Part shown: piece by piece, positions 24,877-39,609 of the stretch | How the letters are laid out: every line of letters begins with the position of its first letter | Position numbering within the stretch: position 1 is the stretch's first letter | DNA from: Auanema rhodensis | Lineage: Eukaryota > Animalia > Nematoda | Assembly: GCA_964057225.1 (NCBI GenBank) | Contig: OZ059896.1 | Span: 20,646,001-20,710,000, forward strand | Direction: 5' to 3' | DNA length: 64,000 nt | Position numbers and translations under genes: made by a program | The notes under the pieces: generated by a model | The model's database searches: none | Told to the model about the DNA's origin: nothing | Seen by the model: the letters and a program-made list of their open reading frames with translations, nothing else

Positions 24877-27800
24877 ATGATCGTTTGAAAAATGATGCAT
24901 TAGTGTATGTTGAGTTTCCATGTACACTCAACATTGCTTCCAAAAACATTTTGACAAAAATTTTTTCGAAAAATTTCAAAATAATTTAGCAAAAAGTAGA
25001 TGTTTTTAGATTCCATTTTTCAAGGCAAAGACGATAGACAATGTTATTCAACGAAAAAATTAATTCTTCAGGGTGAAAATCGAGGATATAAGTGTGAACT
25101 TATATCAGTTGATATCTCGGTGCATTTTTAAGCTAGCGCAAATCTGATAACACAGATCGACGCAGCTTAAAAATCCGCATCGAATGCACTATACTACATT
25201 GAGAAACGCTTAATACAAAAATTAGTTATGATCGTTTGAAAAATGATGCATTAGTGTATGTTGAGTTTCCATGTACACTCAACATTGCTTCCAAAAACAT
25301 TTTGACAAAAATTTTTTCGAAAAATTTCAAAATAATTTAGCAAAAAGTAGATGTTTTTAGATTCCTTTTTTCAAGGCAAAGACGATGGACAATGTTATTC
25401 AACGAAAAAATTAATTCTTCAGGGTGAAAATAGAGGATATAAGTGTGAACTTATATCAGTTGATATCTCGGTGCATTTTTAAGCTAGCGCAAATCTGATA
25501 ACACAGATCGGCGCAGCTTAAAATCCGCATCGAATGCACTATACTACATTGAGAAACGCTTGATACAAAAATTAGTTATGATCGTTTGAAAAATGATGCA
25601 TTAGTGTATGTTGAGTTTCCATGTACACTCAACATTGCTTCCAAAAACATTTTGACAAAAATTTTTTCGAAAAATTTCAAAATAATTTAGCAAAAAGTAG
25701 ATGTTTTTAGATTCCATTTTTTAAGGCAAAGACGATGGACAATGTTATTCAACGAAAAAAATTAATTCTTCAGGACGAAAATCGAGGATATAAGTGTGAA
25801 CTTATATCAGTTGATATCTCGGTGCATTTTTAAGCTAGCGCAAATCTGATAACACAGATCGGCGCAGCTTAAAATCCGCATCGAATGCACTATACTACAT
25901 TGAGAAACGCTTGATACAAAAATTAGTTATGATCGTTTGAAAAATGATGCATTAGTGTATGTTGAGTTTCCATGTACACTCAACATTGCTTCCAAAAACA
26001 TTTTGACAAAAATTTTTTCGAAAAATTTCAAAATAATTTAGCAAAAAGTAGATGTTTTTAGATTCCATTTTTTAAGGCAAAGACGATGGACAATGTTATT
26101 CAACGAAAAAAATTAATTCTTCAGGACGAAAATCGAGGATATAAGTGTGAACTTATATCAGTTGATATCTCGGTGCATTTTTAAGCTAGCGCAAATCTGA
26201 TAACACAGATCGGCGCAGCTTAAAATCCGCATCGAATGCACTATACTACATTGAGAAACGCTTGATACAAAAATTAGTTATGATCGTTTGAAAAATGATG
26301 CATTAGTGTATGTTGAGTTTCCATGTACACTCAACATTGCTTCCAAAAACATTTTGACAAAAATTTTTTCGAAAAATTTCAAAATAATTTAGCAAAAAGT
26401 AGATGTTTTTAGATTCCATTTTTCAAGGCAAAGACGATAGACAATGTTATTCAACGAAAAAATTAATTCTTCAGGGTGAAAATCGAGGATATAAGTGTGA
26501 ACTTATATCAGTTGATATCTCGGTGCATTTTTAAGCTAGCGCAAATCTGATAACACAGATCGACGCAGCTTAAAAATCCGCATCGAATGCACTATACTAC
26601 ATTGAGAAACGCTTAATACAAAAATTAGTTATGATCGTTTGAAAAATGATGCATTAGTGTATGTTGAGTTTCCATGTACACTCAACATTGCTTCCAAAAA
26701 CATTTTGACAAAAATTTTTTCGAAAAATTTCAAAATAATTTAGCAAAAAGTAGATGTTTTTAGATTCCTTTTTTCAAGGCAAAGACGATGGACAATGTTA
26801 TTCAACGAAAAAATTAATTCTTCAGGGTGAAAATAGAGGATATAAGTGTGAACTTATATCAGTTGATATCTCGGTGCATTTTTAAGCTAGCGCAAATCTG
26901 ATAACACAGATCGGCGCAGCTTAAAATCCGCATCGAATGCACTATACTACATTGAGAAACGCTTGATACAAAAATTAGTTATGATCGTTTGAAAAATGAT
27001 GCATTAGTGTATGTTGAGTTTCCATGTACACTCAACATTGCTTCCAAAAACATTTTGACAAAAATTTTTTCGAAAAATTTCAAAATAATTTAGCAAAAAG
27101 TAGATGTTTTTAGATTCCATTTTTTAAGGCAAAGACGATGGACAATGTTATTCAACGAAAAAAATTAATTCTTCAGGACGAAAATCGAGGATATAAGTGT
27201 GAACTTATATCAGTTGATATCTCGGTGCATTTTTAAGCTAGCGCAAATCTGATAACACAGATCGGCGCAGCTTAAAATCCGCATCGAATGCACTATACTA
27301 CATTGAGAAACGCTTGATACAAAAATTAGTTATGATCGTTTGAAAAATGATGCATTAGTGTATGTTGAGTTTCCATGTACACTCAACATTGCTTCCAAAA
27401 ACATTTTGACAAAAATTTTTTCGAAAAATTTCAAAATAATTTAGCAAAAAGTAGATGTTTTTAGATTCCATTTTTTAAGGCAAAGACGATGGACAATGTT
27501 ATTCAACGAAAAAAATTAATTCTTCAGGACGAAAATCGAGGATATAAGTGTGAACTTATATCAGTTGATATCTCGGTGCATTTTTAAGCTAGCGCAAATC
27601 TGATAACACAGATCGGCGCAGCTTAAAATCCGCATCGAATGCACTATACTACATTGAGAAACGCTTGATACAAAAATTAGTTATGATCGTTTGAAAAATG
27701 ATGCATTAGTGTATGTTGAGTTTCCATGTACACTCAACATTGCTTCCAAAAACATTTTGACAAAAATTTTTTCGAAAAATTTCAAAATAATTTAGCAAAA

Positions 27801-30138
27801 AGTAGATGTTTTTAGATTCCATTTTTCAAGGCAAAGACGATAGACAATGTTATTCAACGAAAAAATTAATTCTTCAGGGTGAAAATCGAGGATATAAGTG
27901 TGAACTTATATCAGTTGATATCTCGGTGCATTTTTAAGCTAGCGCAAATCTGATAACACAGATCGACGCAGCTTAAAAATCCGCATCGAATGCACTATAC
28001 TACATTGAGAAACGCTTAATACAAAAATTAGTTATGATCGTTTGAAAAATGATGCATTAGTGTATGTTGAGTTTCCATGTACACTCAACATTGCTTCCAA
28101 AAACATTTTGACAAAAATTTTTTCGAAAAATTTCAAAATAATTTAGCAAAAAGTAGATGTTTTTAGATTCCTTTTTTCAAGGCAAAGACGATGGACAATG
28201 TTATTCAACGAAAAAATTAATTCTTCAGGGTGAAAATAGAGGATATAAGTGTGAACTTATATCAGTTGATATCTCGGTGCATTTTTAAGCTAGCGCAAAT
28301 CTGATAACACAGATCGGCGCAGCTTAAAATCCGCATCGAATGCACTATACTACATTGAGAAACGCTTGATACAAAAATTAGTTATGATCGTTTGAAAAAT
28401 GATGCATTAGTGTATGTTGAGTTTCCATGTACACTCAACATTGCTTCCAAAAACATTTTGACAAAAATTTTTTCGAAAAATTTCAAAATAATTTAGCAAA
28501 AAGTAGATGTTTTTAGATTCCATTTTTTAAGGCAAAGACGATGGACAATGTTATTCAACGAAAAAAATTAATTCTTCAGGACGAAAATCGAGGATATAAG
28601 TGTGAACTTATATCAGTTGATATCTCGGTGCATTTTTAAGCTAGCGCAAATCTGATAACACAGATCGGCGCAGCTTAAAATCCGCATCGAATGCACTATA
28701 CTACATTGAGAAACGCTTGATACAAAAATTAGTTATGATCGTTTGAAAAATGATGCATTAGTGTATGTTGAGTTTCCATGTACACTCAACATTGCTTCCA
28801 AAAACATTTTGACAAAAATTTTTTCGAAAAATTTCAAAATAATTTAGCAAAAAGTAGATGTTTTTAGATTCCATTTTTTAAGGCAAAGACGATGGACAAT
28901 GTTATTCAACGAAAAAAATTAATTCTTCAGGACGAAAATCGAGGATATAAGTGTGAACTTATATCAGTTGATATCTCGGTGCATTTTTAAGCTAGCGCAA
29001 ATCTGATAACACAGATCGGCGCAGCTTAAAATCCGCATCGAATGCACTATACTACATTGAGAAACGCTTGATACAAAAATTAGTTATGATCGTTTGAAAA
29101 ATGATGCATTAGTGTATGTTGAGTTTCCATGTACACTCAACATTGCTTCCAAAAACATTTTGACAAAAATTTTTTCGAAAAATTTCAAAATAATTTAGCA
29201 AAAAGTAGATGTTTTTAGATTCCATTTTTCAAGGCAAAGACGATAGACAATGTTATTCAACGAAAAAATTAATTCTTCAGGGTGAAAATCGAGGATATAA
29301 GTGTGAACTTATATCAGTTGATATCTCGGTGCATTTTTAAGCTAGCGCAAATCTGATAACACAGATCGACGCAGCTTAAAAATCCGCATCGAATGCACTA
29401 TACTACATTGAGAAACGCTTAATACAAAAATTAGTTATGATCGTTTGAAAAATGATGCATTAGTGTATGTTGAGTTTCCATGTACACTCAACATTGCTTC
29501 CAAAAACATTTTGACAAAAATTTTTTCGAAAAATTTCAAAATAATTTAGCAAAAAGTAGATGTTTTTAGATTCCTTTTTTCAAGGCAAAGACGATGGACA
29601 ATGTTATTCAACGAAAAAATTAATTCTTCAGGGTGAAAATAGAGGATATAAGTGTGAACTTATATCAGTTGATATCTCGGTGCATTTTTAAGCTAGCGCA
29701 AATCTGATAACACAGATCGGCGCAGCTTAAAATCCGCATCGAATGCACTATACTACATTGAGAAACGCTTGATACAAAAATTAGTTATGATCGTTTGAAA
29801 AATGATGCATTAGTGTATGTTGAGTTTCCATGTACACTCAACATTGCTTCCAAAAACATTTTGACAAAAATTTTTTCGAAAAATTTCAAAATAATTTAGC
29901 AAAAAGTAGATGTTTTTAGATTCCATTTTTTAAGGCAAAGACGATGGACAATGTTATTCAACGAAAAAAATTAATTCTTCAGGACGAAAATCGAGGATAT
30001 AAGTGTGAACTTATATCAGTTGATATCTCGGTGCATTTTTAAGCTAGCGCAAATCTGATAACACAGATCGACGCAGCTTAAAAATCCGCATCGAATGCAC
30101 TATACTACATTGAGAAACGCTTAATACAAAAATTAGTT
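24877..30138 (+). repeat. 4-monomer higher-order repeat, 1403-bp period, ~3.75 copies
   Basis: Units start at 24877, 26280, 27683 and 29086. Order: CCATTTTTC/GATAG monomer, ATAGAGG/GGCG 350-bp monomer, then two CCATTTTTT/A7/GGACG/GGCG monomers. Confidence 0.92.
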
Positions 30139-30489
30139 ATGATCGTTTGAAAAATGATGCATTAGTGTATGTTGAGTTTCCATGTACACTCAACATTGCT
30201 TCCAAAAACATTTTGACAAAAATTTTTTCGAAAAATTTCAAAATAATTTAGCAAAAAGTAGATGTTTCTAGATTCCTTTTTTTAAGGCAAAGACGATGGA
30301 CAATGTTATTCAACGAAAAAATTAATTCTTCAGGGTGAAAATCGAGGATATAAGTGTGAACTTATATCAGTTGATATCTCGGTGCATTTTTAAGCTAGCG
30401 CAAATCTGATAACACAGATCGACGCAGCTTAAAAATCTGCATCGAATGCACTATACTACATCAAGAAACGCTTGATACAAAAATTAGTT

Positions 30490-33400
30490 ATGATCGTTTG
30501 AAAAATGATGCATTAGTGTATGTTGAGTTTCCATGTACACTCAACATTGCTTCCAAAAACATTTTGACAAAAATTTTTTCGAAAAATTTCAAAATAATTT
30601 AGCAAAAAGTAGATGTTTTTAGATTCCATTTTTCAAGGCAAAGACGATAGACAATGTTATTCAACGAAAAAATTAATTCTTCAGGGTGAAAATCGAGGAT
30701 ATAAGTGTGAACTTATATCAGTTGATATCTCGGTGCATTTTTAAGCTAGCGCAAATCTGATAACACAGATCGACGCAGCTTAAAAATCCGCATCGAATGC
30801 ACTATACTACATTGAGAAACGCTTAATACACAAATTAGTTATGATCGTTTGAAAAATGATGCATTAGTGTATGTTGAGTTTCCATGTACACTCAACATTG
30901 CTTCCAAAAACAGTTTGACAAAAATTTTTTCGAAAAATTTCAAAATAATTTAGCAAAAAGTAGATGTTTTTAGATTCCATTTTTCAAGGCAAAGACGATA
31001 GACAATGTTATTCAACGAAAAAATTAATTCTTCAGGGTGAAAATCGAGGATATAAGTGTGAACTTTTATCAGTTGATATCTCGGTGCATTTTTAAGCTAG
31101 CGCAAATCTGATAACACAGATCGACGCAGCTTAAAAATCCGCATCGAATGCACTATACTACATTGAGAAACGCTTGATACAAAAATTAGTTATGATCGTT
31201 TGAAAAATGATGCATTAGTGTATGTTGAGTTTCCATGTACACTCAACATTGCTTCCAAAAACATTTTGACAAAAATTTTTTCGAAAAATTTCAAAATAAT
31301 TTAGCAAAAAGTAGATGTTTTTAGATTCCTTTTTAAAGGTAAAGACGATGGACAATGTTATTCAACGAAAAAATTAATTCTTCAGGGTGAAAATAGAGGA
31401 TATAAGTGTGAACTTATATCAGTTGATATCTCGGTGCATTTTTAAGCTAGCGCAAATCTGATAACACAGATCGGCGCAGCTTAAAATCCGCATCGAATGC
31501 ACTATACTACATTGAGAAACGCTTGATACAAAAATTAGTTATGATCGTTTGAAAAATGATGCATTAGTGTATGTTGAGTTTCCATGTACACTCAACATTG
31601 CTTCCAAAAACATTTTGACAAAAATTTTTTCGAAAAATTTCAAAATAATTTAGCAAAAAGTAGATGTTTTTAGATTTCATTTTTCAAGGCAAAGACGATA
31701 GACAATGTTATTCAACGAAAAAATTAATTCTTCAGGGTGAAAATCGAGGATATAAGTGTGAACTTATATCAGTTGATATCTCGGTGCATTTTCAAGCTAG
31801 CGCAAATCTGATAACACAGATCGACGCAGCTTAAAAATCCGCATCGAATGCACTATACTACATTGAGAAACGCTTAATACAAAAATTAGTTATGATCGTT
31901 TGAAAAATGATGCATTAGTGTATGTTGAGTTTCCATGTACACTCAACATTGCTTCCAAAAACATTTTGACAAAAAGTTTTTCGAAAAATTTCAAAATAAT
32001 TTAGCGAAAAGTAGATGTTTTTAGATTCCTTTCTTTAAGGCAAAAACGATGGACAATGTTATTCAACGAAAAAATTAATTCTTCAGGGTGAAAATCGAGG
32101 ATATAAGTGTGAACTTATATCAGTTGATATCTCGGTGCATTTTTAAGCTAGCGCAAATCTGATAACACAGATCGACGCAGCTTAAAAATCCGCATCGAAT
32201 GCACTATACTACATTGAGAAACGCTTGATACAAAAATTAGTTATGATCGTTTGAAAAATGATGCATTAGTGTATGTTGAGTTTCCATGTACACTCAACAT
32301 TGCTTCCAAAAACATTTTGACAAAAATTTTTTCGAAAAATTTCAAAATAATTTAGCAAAAAGTAGATGTTTTTAGATTCCTTTTTTCAAGGCAAAGACGA
32401 TGGACAATGTTATTCAACGAAAAAATTAATTCTTCAGGGTGAAAATAGAGGATATAAGTGTGAACTTATATCAGTTGATATCTCGGTGCATTTTTAAGCT
32501 AGCGCAAATCTGATAACACAGATCGGCGCAGCTTAAAATCCGCATCGAATGCACTATACTACATTGAGAAACGCTTGATACAAAAATTAGTTATGATCGT
32601 TTGAAAAATGATGCATTAGTGTATGTTGAGTTTCCATGTACACTCAACATTGCTTCCAAAAACATTTTGACAAAAATTTTTTCGAAAAATTTCAAAATAA
32701 TTTAGCAAAAAGTAGATGTTTTTAGATTCCATTTTTCAAGGCAAAGACGATAGACAATGTTATTCAACGAAAAAATTAATTCTTCAGGGTGAAAATCGAG
32801 GATATAAGTGTGAATTTATATCAGTTGATATCTCGGTGCATTTTCAAGCTAGCGCAAATCTGATAACACAGATCGACGCAGCTTAAAAATCCGCATCGAA
32901 TGCACTATACTACATTGAGAAACGCTTAATACAAAAATTAGTTATGATCGTTTGAAAAATGATGCATTAGTGTATGTTGAGTTTCCATGTACACTCAACA
33001 TTGCTTCCAAAAACATTTTGACAAAAATTTTTTCGAAAAATTTCAAAATAATTTAGCAAAAAGTAGATGTTTTTAGATTCCATTTTTCAAGGCAAAGACG
33101 ATAGACAGTGTTATTCAACGAAAAAATCAATTCTTCAGGGTGAAAATCGAGGATATAAGTGTGAACTTATATCAGTTGATATCTCGGTGCATTTTCAAGC
33201 TAGCGCAAATCTGATAACACAGATCGACGCAGCTTAAAAATCCGCATCGAATGCACTATACTACATTGAGAAACGCTTAATACAAAAATTAGTTATGATC
33301 GTTTGAAAAATGATGCATTAGTGTATGTTGAGTTTCCATGTACACTCAACATTGCTTCCAAAAACATTTTGACAAAAATTTTTTCGAAAAATTTCAAAAT

Positions 33401-36400
33401 AATTTAGCAAAAAGTAGATGTTTTTAGATTCCTTTTTTTAAGGCAAAAACGATGGACAATGTTATTCAACGAGAAAATTAATTCTTCAGGGTGAAAATCG
33501 AGGATATAAGTGTGAACTTATATCAGTTGATATCTCGGTGCATTTTCAAGCTAGCGCAAATCTGATAACACAGATCGACGCAGCTTAAAAATCCGCATCG
33601 AATGCACTATACTACATTGAGAAACGCTTAATACAAAAATTAGTTATGATCGTTTGAAAAATGATGCATTAGTGTATGTTGAGTTTCCATGTACACTCAA
33701 CATTGCTTCCAAAAACATTTTGACAAAAATTTTTTCGAAAAATTTCAAAATAATTTAGCAAAAAGTAGATGTTTTTAGATTCCATTTTTCAAGGCAAAGA
33801 CGATAGACAGTGTTATTCAACGAAAAAATCAATTCTTTAGGGTGAAAATCGAGGATATAAGTGTGAACTTATATCAGTTGATATCTCGGTGCATTTTCAA
33901 GCTAGCGCAAATCTGATAACACAGATCGACGCAGCTTAAAAATCCGCATCGAATGCACTATACTACATTGAGAAACGCTTAATACAAAAATTAGTTATGA
34001 TCGTTTGAAAAATGATGCATTAGTGTATGTTGAGTTTCCATGTACACTCAACATTGCTTCCAAAAACATTTTGACAAAAATTTTTTCGAAAAATTTCAAA
34101 ATAATTTAGCAAAAAGTAGATGTTTTTAGATTCCTTTTTTCAAGGCAAAGACGATGGACAATGTTATTCAACGAAAAAATTAATTCTTCAGGGTGAAAAT
34201 AGAGGATATAAGTGTGAACTTATATCAGTTGATATCTCGGTGCATTTTTAAGCTAGCGCAAATCTGATAACACAGATCGGCGCAGCTTAAAATCCGCATC
34301 GAATGCACCATACTACATTGAGAAACGCTTGATACAAAAATTAGTTATGATCGTTTGAAAAATGATGCATTAGTGTATGTTGAGTTTCCATGTACACTCA
34401 ACATTGCTTCCAAAAACATTTTGACAAAAATTTTTTCGAAAAATTTCAAAATAATTTAGCAAAAAGTAGATGTTTTTAGATTCCATTTTTCAAGGCAAAG
34501 ACGATAGACAATGTTATTCAACGAAAAAATTAATTCTTCAGGGTGAAAATCGAGGATATAAGTGTGAATTTATATCAGTTGATATCTCGGTGCATTTTTA
34601 AGCTAGCGCAAATCTGATAACACAGATCGACGCAGCTTAAAAATCTGCATCGAATGCACTATACTACATCAAGAAACGCTTGATACAAAAATTAGTTATG
34701 ATCGTTTGAAAAATGATGCATTAGTGTATGTTGAGTTTCCATGTACACTCAACATTGCTTCCAAAAACATTTTGACAAAAATTTTTTCGAAAAATTTCAA
34801 AATAATTTAGCAAAAAGTAGATGTTTTTAGATTCCATTTTTCAAGGCAAAGACGATAGACAATGTTATTCAACGAAAAAATTAATTCTTCAGGGTGAAAA
34901 TCGAGGATATAAGTGTGAACTTATATCAGTTGATATCTCGGTGCATTTTTAAGCTAGCGCAAATCTGATAACCCAGATCGACGCAGCTTAAAAATCCGCA
35001 TCGAATGCACTATACTACATTGAGAAACGCTTAATACACAAATTAGTTATGATCGTTTGAAAAATGATGCATTAGTGTATGTTGAGTTTCCATGTACACT
35101 CAACATTGCTTCCAAAAACAGTTTGACAAAAATTTTTTCGAAAAATTTCAAAATAATTTAGCAAAAAGTAGATGTTTTTAGATTCCATTTTTCAAGGCAA
35201 AGACGATAGACAATGTTATTCAACGAAAAAATTAATTCTTCAGGGTGAAAATCGAGGATATAAGTGTGAACTTATATCAGTTGATATCTCGGTGCATTTT
35301 TAAGCTAGCGCAAATCTGATAACACAGATCGACGCAGCTTAAAAATCCGCATCGAATGCACTATACTACATTGAGAAACGCTTGATACAAAAATTAGTTA
35401 TGATCGTTTGAAAAATGATGCATTAGTGTATGTTGAGTTTCCATGTACACTCAACATTGCTTCCAAAAACATTTTGACAAAAATTTTTTCGAAAAATTTC
35501 AAAATAATTTAGCAAAAAGTAGATGTTTTTAGATTCCTTTTTTCAAGGCAAAGACGATGGACAATGTTATTCAACGAAAAAATTAATTCTTCAGGGTGAA
35601 AATCGAGGATATAAGTGTGAACTTATATCAGTTGATATCTCGGTGCATTTTTAAGCTAGCGCAAATCTGATAACACAGATCGGCGCAGCTTAAAATCCGC
35701 ATCGAATGCACTATACTACATTGAGAAACGCTTGATACAAAAATTAGTTATGATCGTTTGAAAAATGATGCATTAGTGTATGTTGAGTTTCCATGTACAC
35801 TCAACATTGCTTCCAAAAACATTTTGACAAAAATTTTTTCGAAAAATTTCAAAATAATTTAGCAAAAAGTAGATGTTTTTAGATTTCATTTTTCAAGGCA
35901 AAGACGATAGACAATGTTATTCAACGAAAAAATTAATTCTTCAGGGTGAAAATCGAGGATATAAGTGTGAACTTATATCAGTTGATATCTCGGTGCATTT
36001 TCAAGCTAGCGCAAATCTGATAACACAGATCGACGCAGCTTAAAAATCCGCATCGAATGCACTATACTACATTGAGAAACGCTTAATACAAAAATTAGTT
36101 ATGATCGTTTGAAAAATGATGCATTAGTGTATGTTGAGTTTCCATGTACACTCAACATTGCTTCCAAAAACATTTTGACAAAAAGTTTTTCGAAAAATTT
36201 CAAAATAATTTAGCAAAAAGTAGATGTTTTTAGATTCCTTTCTTTAAGGCAAAAACGATGGACAATGTTATTCAACGAAAAAATTAATTCTTCAGGGTGA
36301 AAATCGAGGATATAAGTGTGAACTTATATCAGTTGATATCTCGGTGCATTTTTAAGCTAGCGCAAATCTGATAACACAGATCGACGCAGCTTAAAAATCC

Positions 36401-36451
36401 GCATCGAATGCACTATACTACATTGAGAAACGCTTGATACAAAAATTAGTT
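30490..36451 (+). repeat. Block duplicated at a 12-monomer offset (~4209 bp)
   Basis: CAGTTT monomer preceded by ACACAAAT at 30841/35049; GATTTCAT monomer at 31541/35750; AAAAGTTTTT+TTCTTTAAGG monomer at 31892/36101. Confidence 0.8.
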
Positions 36452-39400
36452 ATGATCGTTTGAAAAATGATGCATTAGTGTATGTTGAGTTTCCATGTAC
36501 ACTCAACATTGCTTCCAAAAACATTTTGACAAAAATTTTTTCGAAAAATTTCAAAATAATTTAGCAAAAAGTAGATGTTTTTAGATTCCTTTTTTCAAGG
36601 CAAAGACGATGGACAATGTTATTCAACGAAAAAATTAATTCTTCAGGGTGAAAATCGAGGATATAAGTGTGAATTTATATCAGTTGATATCTCGGTGCAT
36701 TTTCAAGCTAGCGCAAATCTGATAACACAGATCGACGCAGCTTAAAAATCCGCATCGAATGCACTATACTACATTGAGAAACGCTTAATACAAAAATTAG
36801 TTATGATCGTTTGAAAAATGATGCATTAGTGTATGTTGAGTTTCCATGTACACTCAACATTGCTTCCAAAAACATTTTGACAAAAATTTTTTCGAAAAAT
36901 TTCAAAATAATTTAGCAAAAAGTAGATGTTTTTAGATTCCTTTTTTCAAGGCAAAGACGATGGACAATGTTATTCAACGAAAAAATTAATTCTTCAGGGT
37001 GAAAATCGAGGATATAAGTGTGAATTTATATCAGTTGATATCTCGGTGCATTTTCAAGCTAGCGCAAATCTGATAACACAGATCGACGCAGCTTAAAAAT
37101 CCGCATCGAATGCACTATACTACATTGAGAAACGCTTAATACAAAAATTAGTTATGATCGTTTGAAAAATGATGCATTAGTGTATGTTGAGTTTCCATGT
37201 ACACTCAACATTGCTTCCAAAAACATTTTGACAAAAATTTTTTCGAAAAATTTCAAAATAATTTAGCAAAAAGTAGATGTTTTTAGATTCCATTTTTCAA
37301 GGCAAAGACGATAGACAGTGTTATTCAACGAAAAAATCAATTCTTCAGGGTGAAAATCGAGGATATAAGTGTGAACTTATATCAGTTGATATCTCGGTGC
37401 ATTTTCAAGCTAGCGCAAATCTGATAACACAGATCGACGCAGCTTAAAAATCCGCATCGAATGCACTATACTACATTGAGAAACGCTTAATACAAAAATT
37501 AGTTATGATCGTTTGAAAAATGATGCATTAGTGTATGTTGAGTTTCCATGTACACTCAACATTGCTTCCAAAAACATTTTGACAAAAATTTTTTCGAAAA
37601 ATTTCAAAATAATTTAGCAAAAAGTAGATGTTTCTAGATTCCTTTTTTTAAGGCAAAGACGATGGACAATGTTATTCAACGAAAAAATTAATTCTTCAGG
37701 GTGAAAATCGAGGATATAAGTGTGAACTTATATCAGTTGATATCTCGGTGCATTTTTAAGCTAGCGCAAATCTGATAACACAGATCGACGCAGCTTAAAA
37801 ATCTGCATCGAATGCACTATACTACATCAAGAAACGCTTGATACAAAAATTAGTTATGATCGTTTGAAAAATGATGCATTAGTGTATGTTGAGTTTCCAT
37901 GTACACTCAACATTGCTTCCAAAAACATTTTGACAAAAATTTTTTCGAAAAATTTCAAAATAATTTAGCAAAAAGTAGATGTTTTTAGATTCCATTTTTC
38001 AAGGCAAAGACGATAGACAATGTTATTCAACGAAAAAATTAATTCTTCAGGGTGAAAATCGAGGATATAAGTGTGAACTTATATCAGTTGATATCTCGGT
38101 GCATTTTCAAGCTAGCGCAAATCTGATAACACAGATCGACGCAGCTTAAAAATCCGCATCGAATGCACTATACTACATTGAGAAACGCTTAATACAAAAA
38201 TTAGTTATGATCGTTTGAAAAATGATGCATTAGTGTATGTTGAGTTTCCATGTACACTCAACATTGCTTCCAAAAACATTTTGACAAAAATTTTTTCGAA
38301 AAATTTCAAAATAATTTAGCAAAAAGTAGATGTTTTTAGATTCCATTTTTCAAGGCAAAGACGATAGACAGTGTTATTCAACGAAAAAATCAATTCTTCA
38401 GGGTGAAAATCGAGGATATAAGTGTGAACTTATATCAGTTGATATCTCGGTGCATTTTCAAGCTAGCGCAAATCTGATAACACAGATCGACGCAGCTTAA
38501 AAATCCGCATCGAATGCACTATACTACATTGAGAAACGCTTAATACAAAAATTAGTTATGATCGTTTGAAAAATGATGCATTAGTGTATGTTGAGTTTCC
38601 ATGTACACTCAACATTGCTTCCAAAAACATTTTGACAAAAATTTTTTCGAAAAATTTCAAAATAATTTAGCAAAAAGTAGATGTTTTTAGATTCCTTTTT
38701 TCAAGGCAAAGACGATGGACAATGTTATTCAACGAAAAAATTAATTCTTCAGGGTGAAAATAGAGGATATAAGTGTGAACTTATATCAGTTGATATCTCG
38801 GTGCATTTTTAAGCTAGCGCAAATCTGATAACACAGATCGGCGCAGCTTAAAATCCGCATCGAATGCACTATACTACATTGAGAAACGCTTGATACAAAA
38901 ATTAGTTATGATCGTTTGAAAAATGATGCATTAGTGTATGTTGAGTTTCCATGTACACTCAACATTGCTTCCAAAAACATTTTGACAAAAATTTTTTCGA
39001 AAAATTTCAAAATAATTTAGCAAAAAGTAGATGTTTTTAGATTCCATTTTTCAAGGCAAAGACGATAGACAATGTTATTCAACGAAAAAATTAATTCTTC
39101 AGGGTGAAAATCGAGGATATAAGTGTGAATTTATATCAGTTGATATCTCGGTGCATTTTTAAGCTAGCGCAAATCTGATAACACAGATCGACGCAGCTTA
39201 AAAATCCGCATCGAATGCACTATACTACATTGAGAAACGCTTAATACAAAAATTAGTTATGATCGTTTGAAAAATGATGCATTAGTGTATGTTGAGTTTC
39301 CATGTACACTCAACATTGCTTCCAAAAACATTTTGACAAAAATTTTTTCGAAAAATTTCAAAATAATTTAGCAAAAAGTAGATGTTTTTAGATTCCTTTT

Positions 39401-39609
39401 TTTAAGGCAAAAACGATGGACAATGTTATTCAACGAAAAAATTAATTCTTCAGGGTGAAAATCGAGGATATAAGTGTGAACTTATATCAGTTGATATCTC
39501 GGTGCATTTTCAAGCTAGCGCAAATCTGATAACACAGATCGACGCAGCTTAAAAATCCGCATCGAATGCACTATACTACATTGAGAAACGCTTAATACAA
39601 GAATTAGTT

